Part shown: piece by piece, positions 10,653 through 23,403 of the stretch
Layout of the letters: each line of letters begins with the position of its first letter
How positions within the stretch are numbered: position 1 is the stretch's first letter
NCBI RefSeq assembly: GCF_022539665.2
Contig: NC_081331.1
Location: 9,672,001-9,736,000, forward strand
Direction: 5' to 3'
From: Daphnia carinata
Lineage: Eukaryota
Length of the DNA: 64,000 nt
The notes under the pieces: generated by a model
What the model saw: the letters and a program-made list of their open reading frames with translations, nothing else
Database searches by the model: none
What the model was told of the DNA's origin: nothing
Translations under genes and position numbers: made by a program

Positions 10653-13600
10653 CCCTAGCAGAAACTTGGTGTCCAGATGGGGTCTGCGTCCGCGATACTC
10701 TAATTTTGACTCATTTTTTTGGTCAAGTTTGCGTACTGAATACGGAATCAACTTCCTTAAGTACTTTCGGTTCGTGGTCTGGTACTAGCTTAGTACAAAT
10801 CCGGTATTATGGACGCAAAAAAGAAGCGAAGCGCTTAAGTCCCTGGTACCAATGTTGGGCTCATTTTTTACTGGTCTCTTGTACGCTAGCACGAAAGCCG
10901 AGCGCTACAGCCCGTGGTACGAGTATTATACTCGTCTAATACTGGCCTTTGTTATGTCTAATACGTGCCTAATATGTCCTCAGAATTTTCTGCAAAAATT
11001 GGGATTGATGTGGATACAAAAAACCAGTATTAGACTCGTTTTTTCACTGGCCTATGTTCTTACAATTTTTTTGCTTCAATGTTTTTACACCGTTGAGGAG
11101 CTTTATTATCAGTTTTGGAGGCTTCAAATACACTGACTTGTATCTTGACTAATCTTCTCTAGTTAATAAATAAATTATAAATGCGGAATAATATTGGTAC
11201 AATTTTAATAACGTTTTCCGGTTTGCGCATTCAGGCATGATCCAATATTGTTTAGCATCAACCTGGCCTTTCAGACAACAGAATTGTTGTCGTCTGCTTT
11301 GGAGGAAATCGATTACGTCTAACAGGCATGCAAGGGAAAATCAATACCTAACTTTCATTCCTTTTTTTCTTTGTACGTGGACATGCAGAATTCTAGCTTA
11401 GCAATCAAATAACCTTACTAAAAGAATTGAAAATAATTTAAAAGTAACTGTGAATACAACAGAAAATGGTTTCCCCATACATGGCACTTATATAAAAAAC
11501 CCGAAATTGGAAAACTGGCAACGCCCATGCTGTTCGTATGAAATTTGTACGTATTTCACAGAAATGCTTGAAGTTCTTCGACAGAGACTCACGTTATTGT
11601 TACTGTTCTGAAACGCTAAATTACACTCAGGTTGGATTTCTTATTTAATATTCTACGTCTAGTGCAGTCTTTTGCATTCGTAGTGCAAATTTAACATTAC
11701 TACTGCAAAGCTTTGAGCAAGTTCAAAAGATTACTGCCACCATGGATCGTGTAGTTGACGATAACGTATTACATACTAACCACGACATAATTCAGCAGTC
11801 ACACGTTGCAAGAAACATTCAGGTATACTTTTTCTTCAATGTTCTATATTATTATTAAACATTTTCTGTGGTTCTAAATGTTTATCCCTCAGGAAGGAAG
11901 ACCATTTTGTGAATGGTGTGGAAGATATGTTACGATACAGGAAAATACTGAAAAGACCAAGCCTTCCAAATACAAAGAGCCTTCATTCTTTATCGTACAA
12001 ACCTTAGAAAGGGCTGTGACAACAATCCATTATGTCTCTACAGCTTTGTGCCCTGTTACTGGTTATCAACGGACCACAAGTTTTTGCTATACCCACCATG
12101 TACTACATCAGAAGGCAATTTGAATCCTGCGTGTTGGGGGGGGGAACATTTAAAAGATTTCACCACCCATTCAATACTTGGCTGGAATACGATGTTCATA
12201 ATATTATGAATCCAGAGAACAAGCCTGGTAAGTTTCACTTACTTTACGTGCAATTATATTGTAATCTCTAAAATTAATTTTCATGTTGTTATTGCAGTGA
12301 GTTTTACGACAGCAAAGCATGTTGTCAAAGAGGCAGCTGCTGGTCGTCCTTTAGCCGAGGCTTTCATTTCCGATTGTGAAAGAACTTGGGGGAAAGGAAA
12401 ACGTGTCTCACAAAAAAGGAAGAGGTACGGTGATGACAGTGAAGACACCAGTCCGCCTACAGTTGTTACGGCAACCAGAACAAGTTCCGTCATCAACATT
12501 ATTCAAAGTAATTACATTAAGATATTTTCAAACTTAAAAATTCTAAACTATTTTACAATTCAGGTAGCAAGAGTGGCGAACCAAAGGGCCACAGCAGCGC
12601 AAACAGTATAGAATTTCAATATTTGTCGGATGATGACGTGCCTCCATCTTCACAAACAACGGTAAGAAACATATCTGCAAATCCACTTGTAGGCAAAGTC
12701 CTGAGAGATAGTTTTAATTTTCTCATTTCTTCTCAGCTGGCCGAAAAACTTCAGTGGAAGGCAGTTCCTCGCGGCGACGATAGACGGCCTGGTCTCTCAA
12801 TATTTATGAACCTCATTTCAGTTCTAGGAGGTATATGGAAATGCTACATTGTATTTCATTAATTAATTTTCCTTCTTTTTATTTTAGTCGTTGCGAACGC
12901 AAAGGCGCGACAAAAAAACGAAGAAAATATTGAGATTGAGGTTTATTGGAACAGATAAAGACGTGCAGAAAGAAAAGTGGAGAAAAATACCGCGAAGAAA
13001 GAAGCATAACACCCGTTGAAGCTCAGGCAGCTAGGTGTTCGCGCAACCAGCCAACTTTTGAAGCGCCAGTACCTAGTACTATTTACGAGGCCGAACTGCA
13101 GTCCAAAATTGCTGCCTGGAAAAGAACATAAGAGATTTCAAAAAACCCATCGAATAAGTTACAAATTTCTTGTCTAAATGTCTTAAATGATGTTTTTTTT
13201 TCTGTGTCCTCGCCATGCCGTGTTGGCCACATTGCGCCTTTCTAGTCTTTGTGCCGTGTTGGTATGTTGCCAGGACGAACTGGATTTATCAGTGACTTCA
13301 TGTTAAATATAAAGAAATTTGTGTTATTCTGCAGTCATTTTTTTTTCTGAAACTGTAACAATTTTATGTAGGGAGTAAAATGCATTTAAAAAATCAAACA
13401 ATAGTCCCATAACGGACATGAATACGAGTATTGGGACGAGTACAGAAGATGAGCCCCGGCTGAGTCTAACGGCCGGGTATGGGAACGGCTTTTGGCTCTA
13501 ACTTAAGAGGCTCACCGTTTTTTTTTTTATTTTTTTTTTTACCGTCCTCGATACCAGTCTAGGAGGCTGTTATGGCTGCAAACAAGGGGTCCAAATACCC

Positions 13601-13683
13601 GCCCGCTGGACCGGTCTAGGACTCTAGACGAGTCCGAAATACCAGTCTTGGAGGGGTTTTTGCCCTCTGAATTTCTGCTAGGG
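10653..13683 (+). mobile_element. 3031-bp CMC/EnSpm-type DNA transposon with no recognisable transposase
   Basis: TIR CCCTAGCAGAAA / TTTCTGCTAGGG with 2-bp TSD AC. The empty site gttgaacagc-ac-acgtatc is present in copy 2 at ~22735-22753. Confidence 0.95.
11742..13131 (+). pseudogene. Spliced passenger/accessory gene of the transposon; C-terminal region resembles BEN/DUF4806; apparently frameshifted
   Basis: GCCACCATGG start at 11742 and several GT-AG introns (e.g. 11823-11892). Exons encode FCEWC, an Arg/Lys NLS-like stretch (QKRKRY) and LAEKLQWKAVPRG..FMNLISVL..EQIKTCRKKSGEKYR. The frame shifts near ~12050 and ~12945. Confidence 0.55.
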
Positions 13684-15084
13684 ACACGTATCATTTTCGT
13701 CTTGATGTCGGAGTCTATCCCATGCTCCGTAACAACTGATGCCAGTATTCCTACCAGATTAAATTTTTCTGTTGGATTGGTCTCGGGGGAAACAATAGAT
13801 TTCAAAACATTAAATGTTTTTGTTTTAAACTCGAGATTTTTCTCTGTTATGACGTTCGCCTTTATGTTGGATTGGCTATCGCGAGAAACGATCGATGATA
13901 GGAGATGGACCATTTCCTTTTCTAGGCCTGGTGTTGCCTCGTAAGACAAAAGAAAAGACTCCAAATCGTCACCACCAATATTTTCCGAGACGTCATTGAG
14001 AGGAAAAATTTTTCCTTGTGGTATCCGAGTGATAGTGTTTGGTTTTACATCACTGGGATTGTAAATGTTGGACTTTGGTAATGGAATCATGTCACTCTGA
14101 AAACTGGGATCTGGATCGTAGTCTGGAGAAAGACCAAAGTAACGATTAGGTAATTCTGGTAGTAGCGGGCTTGTAGAATCTTTTTTTGCTTGTAGATCAT
14201 CTATGCTTGTAGAACATGGAAGAACGGTCTTACGTAAACTTGAAACTCCTATTACGATCATGCTCACTATACACCCAATGGCTATCAAGGAGGCGACCAT
14301 AGCGACGAAATTGATGAAGGTGGTTTTCTTGACAGAAGGCATTTCGGTGAGGGTTCTTTAGTACGAATTGAGATAAAAAAACCAACAAAAATGTGATCCT
14401 ATTTGTGTTTTTTACGTACAACCCATGGACTGAAGTAAGCATAAAGTTTCTTAGATTTGGTAAAATTTACAAAACTACCGAGTAAATTCCATATTTTTCA
14501 TCAAAATTCCATGAAATTTATATAAACGCATATAGTTCAATAACATTTTGTTTAAAAAACTGCATATTTTAATCAGAAAGAACGTTACATAAAGGAAAAA
14601 ATTCAGGCGGGGACAAAGCTCATTGCAGAAGATCACAATCGTCGGTGCGAAGACTAATAAAAAAGTAGACTTGATTCCCATGATTTTTTTCAAATCCAAA
14701 TCGAAATCATCTTGCTGGCGGCAATTTCCACAGTTGAAAACAGCAATTTCCATGGTAAGATTTCCATAAAGACAATTTCCACGGGATACCTTTCCACGTT
14801 CCATGTTTCAAGTACACGACATACCCAATCCCTAAACAAACGCCATCATCAAGGGACGTTTAGAATTCAAACAAAATTGTCAAGCCTTAAAAGCGGTAAT
14901 AAACGGTTGGCACTTATGTGCACGTACTGATTCTGCGAAATATCTAGAAGGTTTTGTTGGAGTGAAACTTTTAGCCTAAGATTCTTCAGCAATTGATAGG
15001 AAACAGTGATATAATAATCAAACCGTTGCAGCTTGCAGCACTGCTATCCTAACAGTTCTCCTGACTAGATTAGGTACAGATAGC

Positions 15085-18031
15085 ATGCCGAATGTAGTGT
15101 TGTCACGCGAATCTTTATTGTTTTACCAACAGAGTAAAATGAACGCAAAGTAAGATTTATTTTTTTATTTCTTTATGGTTAGATCTTGAATAATGGCTTT
15201 TATTAGAGTACAAAGTCGATCTCTTCCTGTTGTTTTTGATGACACTTACCAAGAAGATGGTAACCGGGGATTAAAGAGTCCTGTAGCTCTCAGGACCAAA
15301 GCATTGCAAGGAAGGAAAGCTGAAACAGACGGGAAAATCAAAAGTGTGAAACCTCTTCAAGATGCTGCTGCATCACATAAGAAAATATCAGAAGATATAC
15401 TTCTAAACACCTCAAATCACCTCTTACAAGTTGCTCCAGAGGAACATCACCGTGAACTAAATGGATCTAAGAAAAAAGGTAAATGAAGGATATACAAACT
15501 TAAAAAGGGAAAATGATGTTCATGTGTATGTTTCATTCACAATGAAATATCTAAGTGTGACATATCTGTTCCAAATCCTAGGAAGGGCAAAAGTAAAAGG
15601 GAAAGAGTCTACCGTCCTTCAAAATGCTAGTAAAACTCAAATAAATGAGGTTGAGAAAATGAAAATTGGCAAGAAACGGGATTCCAGGCAGAGATCAAAA
15701 CGAGATACAAAAAAACAGTCAGCAGAAAATATACATGAACCGGTAATGAACTCTTTAGAATTTTCAGGTTCAAGAATAATTATCCATCACTGCAATAGGT
15801 ATACGAGCCGTCCCCTAAACGACTAAGGATTGTTTCAAATGCACAAAGCTTTACTACAAACATGGCATCTGTCATTGGAGCTTCCTCAAACATTTTCAGC
15901 AAAACTGATAAACCTAGTAAGATTTCACTTAACATTTTCTTATTGGTAACTTGTTGCAAACTAAGCAGGTATTTTACGAATTCGGTGTAATACATAAAAG
16001 GAAAATGCGTAGGGTAGGGAAACAAAATACTTTATTAAACTTAGAGTAAACAAACGGGATGGTACGAAAATGGCAACTCGAGAACACTTGTTGTAGTTGT
16101 TCTTTCGTCTGTAGATCAAACATTAGAGGAGAATATTGATGCAAAGACCGTGTCTGAATCTCCTGCAATACAAATGGCTACGAAACCTGCAGTGACCATA
16201 GGTAAGTAAATTTTTTTAATTAGCTGAAATTCGTGAAAAGTACAAAACTATATTATTAGGTACCAAAACACCTGGAAGTACTCGATCGGAAAAAAAATTG
16301 GCGGTTTCAGCAAACAATTGCACAGAGCTAGAAGAATTCGCGGGTATTGATGGTTTCCGACAATATCTTTTTTACTATGAAAGCCTTTTTGATGAAACAA
16401 ACTGGGAATCTCAGGTGTGCAATCTGCTAAAAGCGGCCAACAAAAAAAAAACGAGTTCCAGCAGGCAGCGCTGACGGTGGGACAGAACTACCAACGTGTT
16501 TACCCAAACGTCCAATGTCGACCACGAAAGGTTCAGGTATGACCTCTTACTACAAATCAGAGTTCACTGTTGCGGTATTATGCCACTTAATAGTCTGCAG
16601 AAAACAACGCGAACATATCAGGACCAACAACATCATGGTTACTAGATGAACCATTTTCAGATAAGAAGGCTGACATCGATACAACGGGTAAGTGAACATC
16701 GTCCCGTGAATGAAATTTCATTAACGATAATTTTGAAACGTAGAAAGTGAAGATGAGACTTGCTCCTCCTATTCAGAAGTAGACGAGGACGTCATTTTCT
16801 CCAGAAGTGGAAACATTCTTGAGAATATAAGCTCGAATAGTTCAATTCTCCTAAAGGCTTTGACACGTCAAAACAAAAAGAGCTTTGGAGTCTTCCCTTT
16901 CTCCAGAGTTTGATCAATGGCAAAAATGTAGGAAAACTTTGCCAGAAATAGTACTACCTTCACCCAGGAAACAACTCTCCTTCGCTGATGACTCTTTAGC
17001 GGCTGATTGCGATCTAAGCTCTAAATATACCGATGAGCACACAAATACCGAAGAAAAGTCCTCGAAGTCGTCTCTGAGCAGAAACTTGTTGGAAAAGTTG
17101 TCCTCTTCGAAATCGGAGGCATCCCGTATTTCTGCAAATGCCAGGACACCCAAAGAAGGTACAAATACATAAATCGTAGCGAACGCGAAATTCATGCTTG
17201 TGATAACACTCATCTTTCAAAGAATAGTAATAGCCATAGCGATTTCAGTATTGCGTTTTCCTGTTCACACATTCACTTTTTTTATTTATGATTGTTGCGT
17301 CTAGGAAAACAAAGTAATGGAAGTCCTGCGTTGAAGAGAAAAAGATCTGTTGGTTATACAGAGACGCCTTTGCCAAATAAACAACACCCATCTTCCCTGA
17401 CTGCATCGCTATACACTCAACCAACGGCAAACGCGGATAGTGATCTGAATGGTATAATTCAAATTTCCGATATTTTACGAATGCCTTGTGGTTCTGTTCT
17501 TCCCGCTCAAAGTTAACATTTTTCATTTAGTACGGGAAAGAAGTCCCACTCAACACTCTCAAATGACCTATACTGTAGAAAGTATGCTTGGTGCCAACTG
17601 CAGGATGACACCTAGTTCTATATCAGATCAATGCACCGCAGTTCCCATGCCTACCCGACATCCAACTACATTAACCTTTACATGTCTGCTAGTACTTACC
17701 GTGTACGAGCACGGCAAATTGAGTCAACGTAAGATTTCGTGGTTCCGTGGCTTTACCTGCTCCTACAGTTATTTTCACTCTACAAACTTCTTTCCGTACC
17801 ATGGTAAATTTAGCAAATGTCTAATTAAAAATTAAGGCTTCCTAGAATGACAACTTTTTCATGCAGATCATGCGTTTAAAGGGCAGTGTAGAGTTCAGAA
17901 GCGATCCGTGTGTCCTATGTCGCATGTTGCTGAACTCAGAAGCCAAATTAGTAGAACTGGAGGCCTGTCCTCTTTTTCATATTGCCAATACAGGAAAAGA
18001 AGTTGCATTGATCCAGATGACCGAAATTTTA
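15085..18031 (+). pseudogene. Frameshifted copy 1 of the Ser/Lys-rich cupin-tailed gene
   Basis: Same exons as 24146-27108, but with 1-4 nt deletions (~16437, ~16846, ~16881, ~17671, ~17761). The native stop is replaced by collagen sequence. Confidence 0.8.
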
Positions 18032-18667
18032 TCGGTCGGACCTGCTGGCCACCCTGGCTACAATGGCGCTCCTGGCAAAGGTGGTCCTCCCGGCGGCCCT
18101 GGTTATCCTGGCAAAGACGGAAAGCCCTGATCCCCAGGATACACAGGTAAAATTTATTCGACGTTAAAAATTGGTGAGTTAATTTTATACTATATCCCAG
18201 GCGCACCAGGACTGCAGGGCAAACCCGGTAAGGATGGTCTTCCCGGCTACCCAGGTGGCCCAGGACCAGTTGGACCCTAAGGTAAAAACCGGCCCTCCAG
18301 GCTACCCTGGCGGCCCTGGACCAATTGGACCCATAGGCCTCTCGGCCCTGTTGGACCCCAAGGCAAACCAGGGGCATCAGGTTATTTAGGCGGCCCTGGT
18401 CCCGTCGGACATATTTGACCCATTGGCCCTGTAGGATACCCAGGTAAAGATGGCTATCCTGGGAAGCCAGGATCCGTTGGTGCCCCTGGACCTGTTGATG
18501 CTCCTGGACCGGTGACCACATACACTCAAGTCCAAGAAGACGCTCCAGCCTCCTCCTACAGTCCACCAGCTTACGAAGCCGCAACGGTTTACACGCAGAC
18601 GTAGCCACAACAAGTTTACCAACAAGCCCAAATTTATCAGGAAGTGTCCCAACCCGTTTACGGTTAA
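18032..18667 (+). pseudogene. 5'-truncated collagen-like pseudogene of the 38-58 kb family, in opposite orientation
   Basis: [16 protein letters not shown].. with an intron at 18147-18200 in the family position (after GYT-G). In-frame stops at 18128 and 18278. Ends ...TACGGTTAA (YG*) like array members. Confidence 0.88.
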
Positions 18668-20869
18668 TGGCGATGCATCAAAGTCGCATTTCCTAGTTAT
18701 GGTTGGCCCACCACACGGTTTGCAAAGTGAACGTAACTAGGCATTACTCACCAACCTTATCTTCTTTTTCCTGTAATGCCTAAACGTAACTCTTTTTTCT
18801 GTTTGTTGTTGTTATGCGCATGTGGGGTGTTATATGACTCAATGTGACATGCCTTGCACGGGGCTGTGAATGCAATACCCCCGAACTTATTATTTTTGCA
18901 ATATTCACCTATTGAACTCCTATGAAAATCATTTTAGATGAGGCGGCCTTGACTCAACGACAACAGAAATGAATGGCATATTACAGAAAAACAAAGTTAG
19001 ATGCAAGGAAAAACCATGTCAACGTTCCACTTGTAGAAAAAGCATGGAAAATATCTTGATGATCTAGCCTTTTTTAGTTCATGTAGGTCACGGAACAGAT
19101 TCATGTCACATGAAATCACTGATCTCAAAAGCGGACAATCGAAAAAAAAGGAATGCGCATTTTCTTGACTTCGTTTACCGAGTGTACCGAATTATCGTTG
19201 GTGGTTTCTTTTTGTACACGTACACCTCATTAAAAAACGGAAACTGATGGCAATTGCAACTATGAAAATCGATTTGTTCACCGCTAACGTTCCGAATTTG
19301 AATGATGGATAAATGAATTTTTATCGCTGTTCTTTTCGTGCATTAAATTTAAAAGTTTCAACAATGAAAATTGGGTCACATAGAGCTTTTGATTATTACA
19401 CTGCCAGAACGGACACGAGACTCATTTTTAAAAAAGCGTTATTGAAATTAGATGACCGTGTTTCGTGATTTGAGCAGATGTGTCATTGTGATAGTTTGCG
19501 GACCAATGAAATAATTACGTTTTATCGAAATTATTTTCGCGGTAAACCATCTTTCCTTCTCTCATATTTTTAAAACTTCGAGAGTTATGGGGATAAACGC
19601 ATGGGGAAATGATGAGAGGAAATATTTCTCTTCGATTTAACAAAGTATATGGAAGACTGAGCGATAAAAATTGACTCTGAATTTGAGCTATGCGTCCAAG
19701 AAATGCGGACAGGAAGATTTTGCCTGCTGATTTCAGTCGAGTACTTCAAGACCAGTCTTTGACGATTTTATCAACAAACCGCGTGGGACATGAAAAAGCA
19801 AAACCAGTTTCACTACCTGATCCAAACCCTATTTACGCCGCTTTCTATTCCGTTCATCTAATTATTTTACTCTATGAACCCTCGACTATCTCTATAATCT
19901 CGAAGTTTAGGAGATATAGGAATCCGCTGAAATATTCACGAATTTTTTAAACATTGAAATATGACTTGCACAAACGACAAGATAAGCAAAGAATATGACA
20001 CGAAACTCCCTGAAAAATCCGCTAAACAGGGAAACTGCTCAATAAAACCACCAGTAGCCTTTTGGTTTCTTAGAAGTTGTTTATGAAACTTCCGTTTTGC
20101 CTGAAATCGGCTTTCATGGACACATTTCCAATGAACTAGTGCTAATCGTTTTTCTGTAAAATATAAACTTGGATGGAAATATTTAGAAAATGTTATTGAT
20201 GCTGTTGGAATTCATCTCTAGATTCCAATATTTGCTGCGCACTGTTCATTTAGTCTGTTGATATACGTTACCCTACAAAGGACAACATCGACTGTAAGAA
20301 TTTATAAAACATTATTAAGCTGATTTTGCGGAGATTGAACTCAGGGTTTTTCGCATTCAAAGCAAACACTCTACCACTGAATTTGAGTCCTAAACCTCTG
20401 TTAATCTAAAATTCCGCTTAAATGCGATCAGGGATAAATTTGCATTAAAACGAAATAAAACTATTTATACCCTTCTGCCTGCTAAAAAACTTGCCCGGAT
20501 GACTGTATATAATATCAAGGGAAATTTTTACTTATGTTTCTTGGTTTTGTTATTTTCCCTGATAATATAAAATGGATGTAAACTCGTCATTCATTTCGAA
20601 AAATTACGTTTGATGCTACTATGTTTATCATAATTAAACGGCAAGAAAAAGTTAATAAATTGTTTGTTTTGTTTTTTTGTATTTTTGTCTTATTTCGTAC
20701 AAGGATCATTATTTTTAAACGAAAATCAAACCGAAACATTTTTTTTTGCTAATTTATCATTTGTCATTAATGGCCACACAATTAAGTTCGTGGTGCATCA
20801 GTTTCCTGGGTTACTTCAGAGAGTACTCTTGTCATTTCAGCTTTTTGGTCATGGCCCGCTTCCCATGAG

Positions 20870-21975
20870 TTCCAAGTCCTTCTTCGATGTATTTGGTTTG
20901 TCCATCATATTCGAGGGTGTTTTAACCATTGCTGGTTCGGCATCAAAATCCTCATCTGCTATGATTTTTGCACCAACTACATCCGACACCACAGGAGCCA
21001 TTTCCAGTTTCTGATCTTATTTGTCCCCCGATATCGTTTTTTCATCCAGCGTTTTCGGCACTGCAGACACCATTTCTGGTTTGTAATCAACATACCCTTC
21101 TGGTGTATCAGTTTCCTGGGTTACTTCCGAGATTCTTCTCATTTCAGCATTTTGGTCATGACCCGCTTCCCATACGTTGTTTTCTGGTGTCAAAGGAGAA
21201 AGAACATTGGTAACTTCATGTTTGCGTTCCAAGTCCTTCTTCAATGTATTTGGTTTGTCCATCATATTCGAGCATCTTTTAACCATTGCTGGTTCGGCAT
21301 CAAAATCCTCATCTGCTATGATTTCTACACCAACTACATCCGACACCACAGGATCCATTTCCAGGTTCTTATCTTGTTGGTCCCCTGATGTCTTTTTTCA
21401 TCCAGCGTTTTCGGCACTGCAGAAACCATTTCTGGTTTGTAATCAACATACCCTTCTGGTGCATCAGTTTCCTGGATTACTTCCGAGAGTCTTGTCATTT
21501 CAGCATTTTGGTCATGACCCGCTTCCCATAAATGGTTTTCTGGTGTCAAAGGAGAAAGAACGTTGGTAACTTCATGTTTGCGTTCCAAGTCCCTCTTCGA
21601 TGTATTTGGTTTGTCCATCATATTCAAGGGTGTTTTAACCATTGCTGGTTCGGCATCAAAATCCTCATCTGCTATGATTTTTGCACCAACTACATCCGAC
21701 ACCACAGCAGCCATTTCCAGTTTCTGATCTTATTTGTCCCCCGATGTCTTTTTTTATCCAATGTTTTCGGCATTGTAGAAACCATGTCTGGTTTGTAATC
21801 AACATACCCTTCTGGTGCATCAGTTTCCTGGGTTACTTCCGAGATTCTTGTCGTTTCAGCATTTTGGTCATGACCCGCTTCCCATACGTTGTTTTCTGGT
21901 GTCAAATGAGAAAGAACATTGGTAACGTCATGTTTGCGTTCCAAGTCCTTCTTCGATGTGTTTCTTTTGTCCATA
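20870..21975 (-). repeat. 357-bp coding-type tandem repeats of copy 2, out of frame
   Basis: Near-identical to 8775-9880. Extra homopolymer frameshifts (T6 vs T7 at 21393, T7 vs T8 at 21749) and a TAA at 21017. Confidence 0.92.
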
Positions 21976-23403
21976 AATATTCGACATTGTAGAAACCATT
22001 TCTGATTTCAGTTTTAATTCTTCCTTCAATGTCTTTAACTGGTTCATTATGGCGATCAAATTTTGGAGCAATGCCTCTCCTGCCATGCGTTCCTGGTCAG
22101 GACCCGCTTTCCATAAGTTGTTTTCCGGTGTCAAGTGAGAAAGAACGTTGGTAACTTCATGTTTGCGTTCCAAGTCCTTCTGCGATGTGTTTGGTTTGTC
22201 CATCATATTCGACATTGTAGAAACCATTTCTGATTTCACTTTTAATTCTTGCTTCAATGTCTTTAACTTGTTTATTATGATGAGCAATTTTGGAAGCAAT
22301 GCCTCTCTGCGTTTCTCACCAACGTTCGGGTTCATCGGCAATACGGTTCCTATTTTATACTCTATGTCAAGTTCTGACTCCGCAATATCCTTATTAAATA
22401 AGAATTCGGGTTTTTCAATTGAAGGAACTATTATCGAAAGTAGCCGTTCCATTTCGGTCCTTGTCTCGTCTTTTCCATACCGATGAACAATGGAAGATAA
22501 TGCAGTTGCAGTTCTGATCTGGGTCTCTTCGCTATTCTCCTCCCTTGCAATTGCTGAAAGGATGGCAACCATTCGGGCCTTAATATCTGTTTCCATCTCT
22601 GGGGTAGATATCTCCAACAGAGTGTTCAATATTTTCCATTTCAAAGCCTCGTCAGAATCTTGAGAAATTATGTCTGACATCAGTTTCGCCATTTCCAATT
22701 TAACTTTGAAATCCGTTACGTGTCGGTATACAATGTTGAACAGCACACGTATCATTTTCGTCTTGATGTCGGAGTCTATCCCATGCTCCGTAACAACTGA
22801 TGCCAGTATTCCTACCAGATTAAATTTTTCTGTTGGATTGGTCTCGGGGGAAACAATAGATTTCAAAACATTAAATGTTTTTGTTTTAAACTCGAGATTT
22901 TTCTCTGTTATGACGTTCGCCTTTATGTTGGATTGGCTATCGCGAGAAACGATCGATGATAGGAGATGGACCATTTCCTTTTCTAGGCCTGGTGTTGCCT
23001 CGTAAGACAAAAGAAAAGACTCCAAATCGTCACCACCAATATTTTCCGAGACGTCATTGAGAGGAAAAATTTTTCCTTGTGGTATCCGAGTGATAGTGTT
23101 TGGTTTTACATCACTGGGATTGTAAATGTTGGACTTTGGTAATGGAATCATGTCACTCTGAAAACTGGGATCTGGATCGTAGTCTGGAGAAAGACCAAAG
23201 TAACGATTAGGTAATTCTGGTAGTAGCGGGCTTGTAGAATCTTTTTTTGCTTGTAGATCATCTATGCTTGTAGAACATGGAAGAACGGTCTTACGTAAAC
23301 TTGAAACTCCTATTACGATCATGCTCACTATACACCCAATGGCTATCAAGGAGGCGACCATAGCGACGAAATTGATGAAGGTGGTTTTCTTGACAGAAGG
23401 CAT
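21928..23403 (-). CDS. Intronless 491-aa protein: N-terminal hydrophobic anchor, Pro-rich linker, amphipathic helical (HEAT-like) region and start of the repeat tail; function unknown
   Basis: ORF starts MPSVKKTTFINFVAMVASLIAIGCIVSMIVIGVSSLRK. A frameshift at ~21975 ends it before the 119-aa repeats that run on to ~20870. Confidence 0.7.
   Translation of the reverse strand: MPSVKKTTFINFVAMVASLIAIGCIVSMIVIGVSSLRKTVLPCSTSIDDLQAKKDSTSPLLPELPNRYFGLSPDYDPDPSFQSDMIPLPKSNIYNPSDVKPNTITRIPQGKIFPLNDVSENIGGDDLESFLLSYEATPGLEKEMVHLLSSIVSRDSQSNIKANVITEKNLEFKTKTFNVLKSIVSPETNPTEKFNLVGILASVVTEHGIDSDIKTKMIRVLFNIVYRHVTDFKVKLEMAKLMSDIISQDSDEALKWKILNTLLEISTPEMETDIKARMVAILSAIAREENSEETQIRTATALSSIVHRYGKDETRTEMERLLSIIVPSIEKPEFLFNKDIAESELDIEYKIGTVLPMNPNVGEKRREALLPKLLIIINKLKTLKQELKVKSEMVSTMSNMMDKPNTSQKDLERKHEVTNVLSHLTPENNLWKAGPDQERMAGEALLQNLIAIMNQLKTLKEELKLKSEMVSTMSNIYGQKKHIEEGLGTQT

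Larger units (their letters stand above)
8717..14342 (-). pseudogene. Intronless signal-anchor + helical + tandem-repeat protein gene, copy 1, split by a transposon
   Basis: The 5' part (14342-13684) and 3' part (10652-8717) join to reproduce copy 2. It also has a frameshift at ~9881 and a TAA at 9635. Confidence 0.9.
8533..18031. repeat. Segmental duplication copy 1 (includes the 3-kb TE insertion)
   Basis: Colinear with 20534-27101 from atgtttctt.gttttgttattttccct to atccagatgaccgaa.tttta. Confidence 0.95.

Noticed and set aside
17908..18150. Cys-rich frame (CPMSH..YCQY..C) as a zinc-binding C-terminus
   Set aside because: Copy 2 has TAG and TGA in this frame; the exon phase and synonymous changes support the cupin frame.
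18700..20530. Possible gene or TE in the spacer between the duplication copies
   Set aside because: No TIR/TSD or credible ORF could be established by eye.
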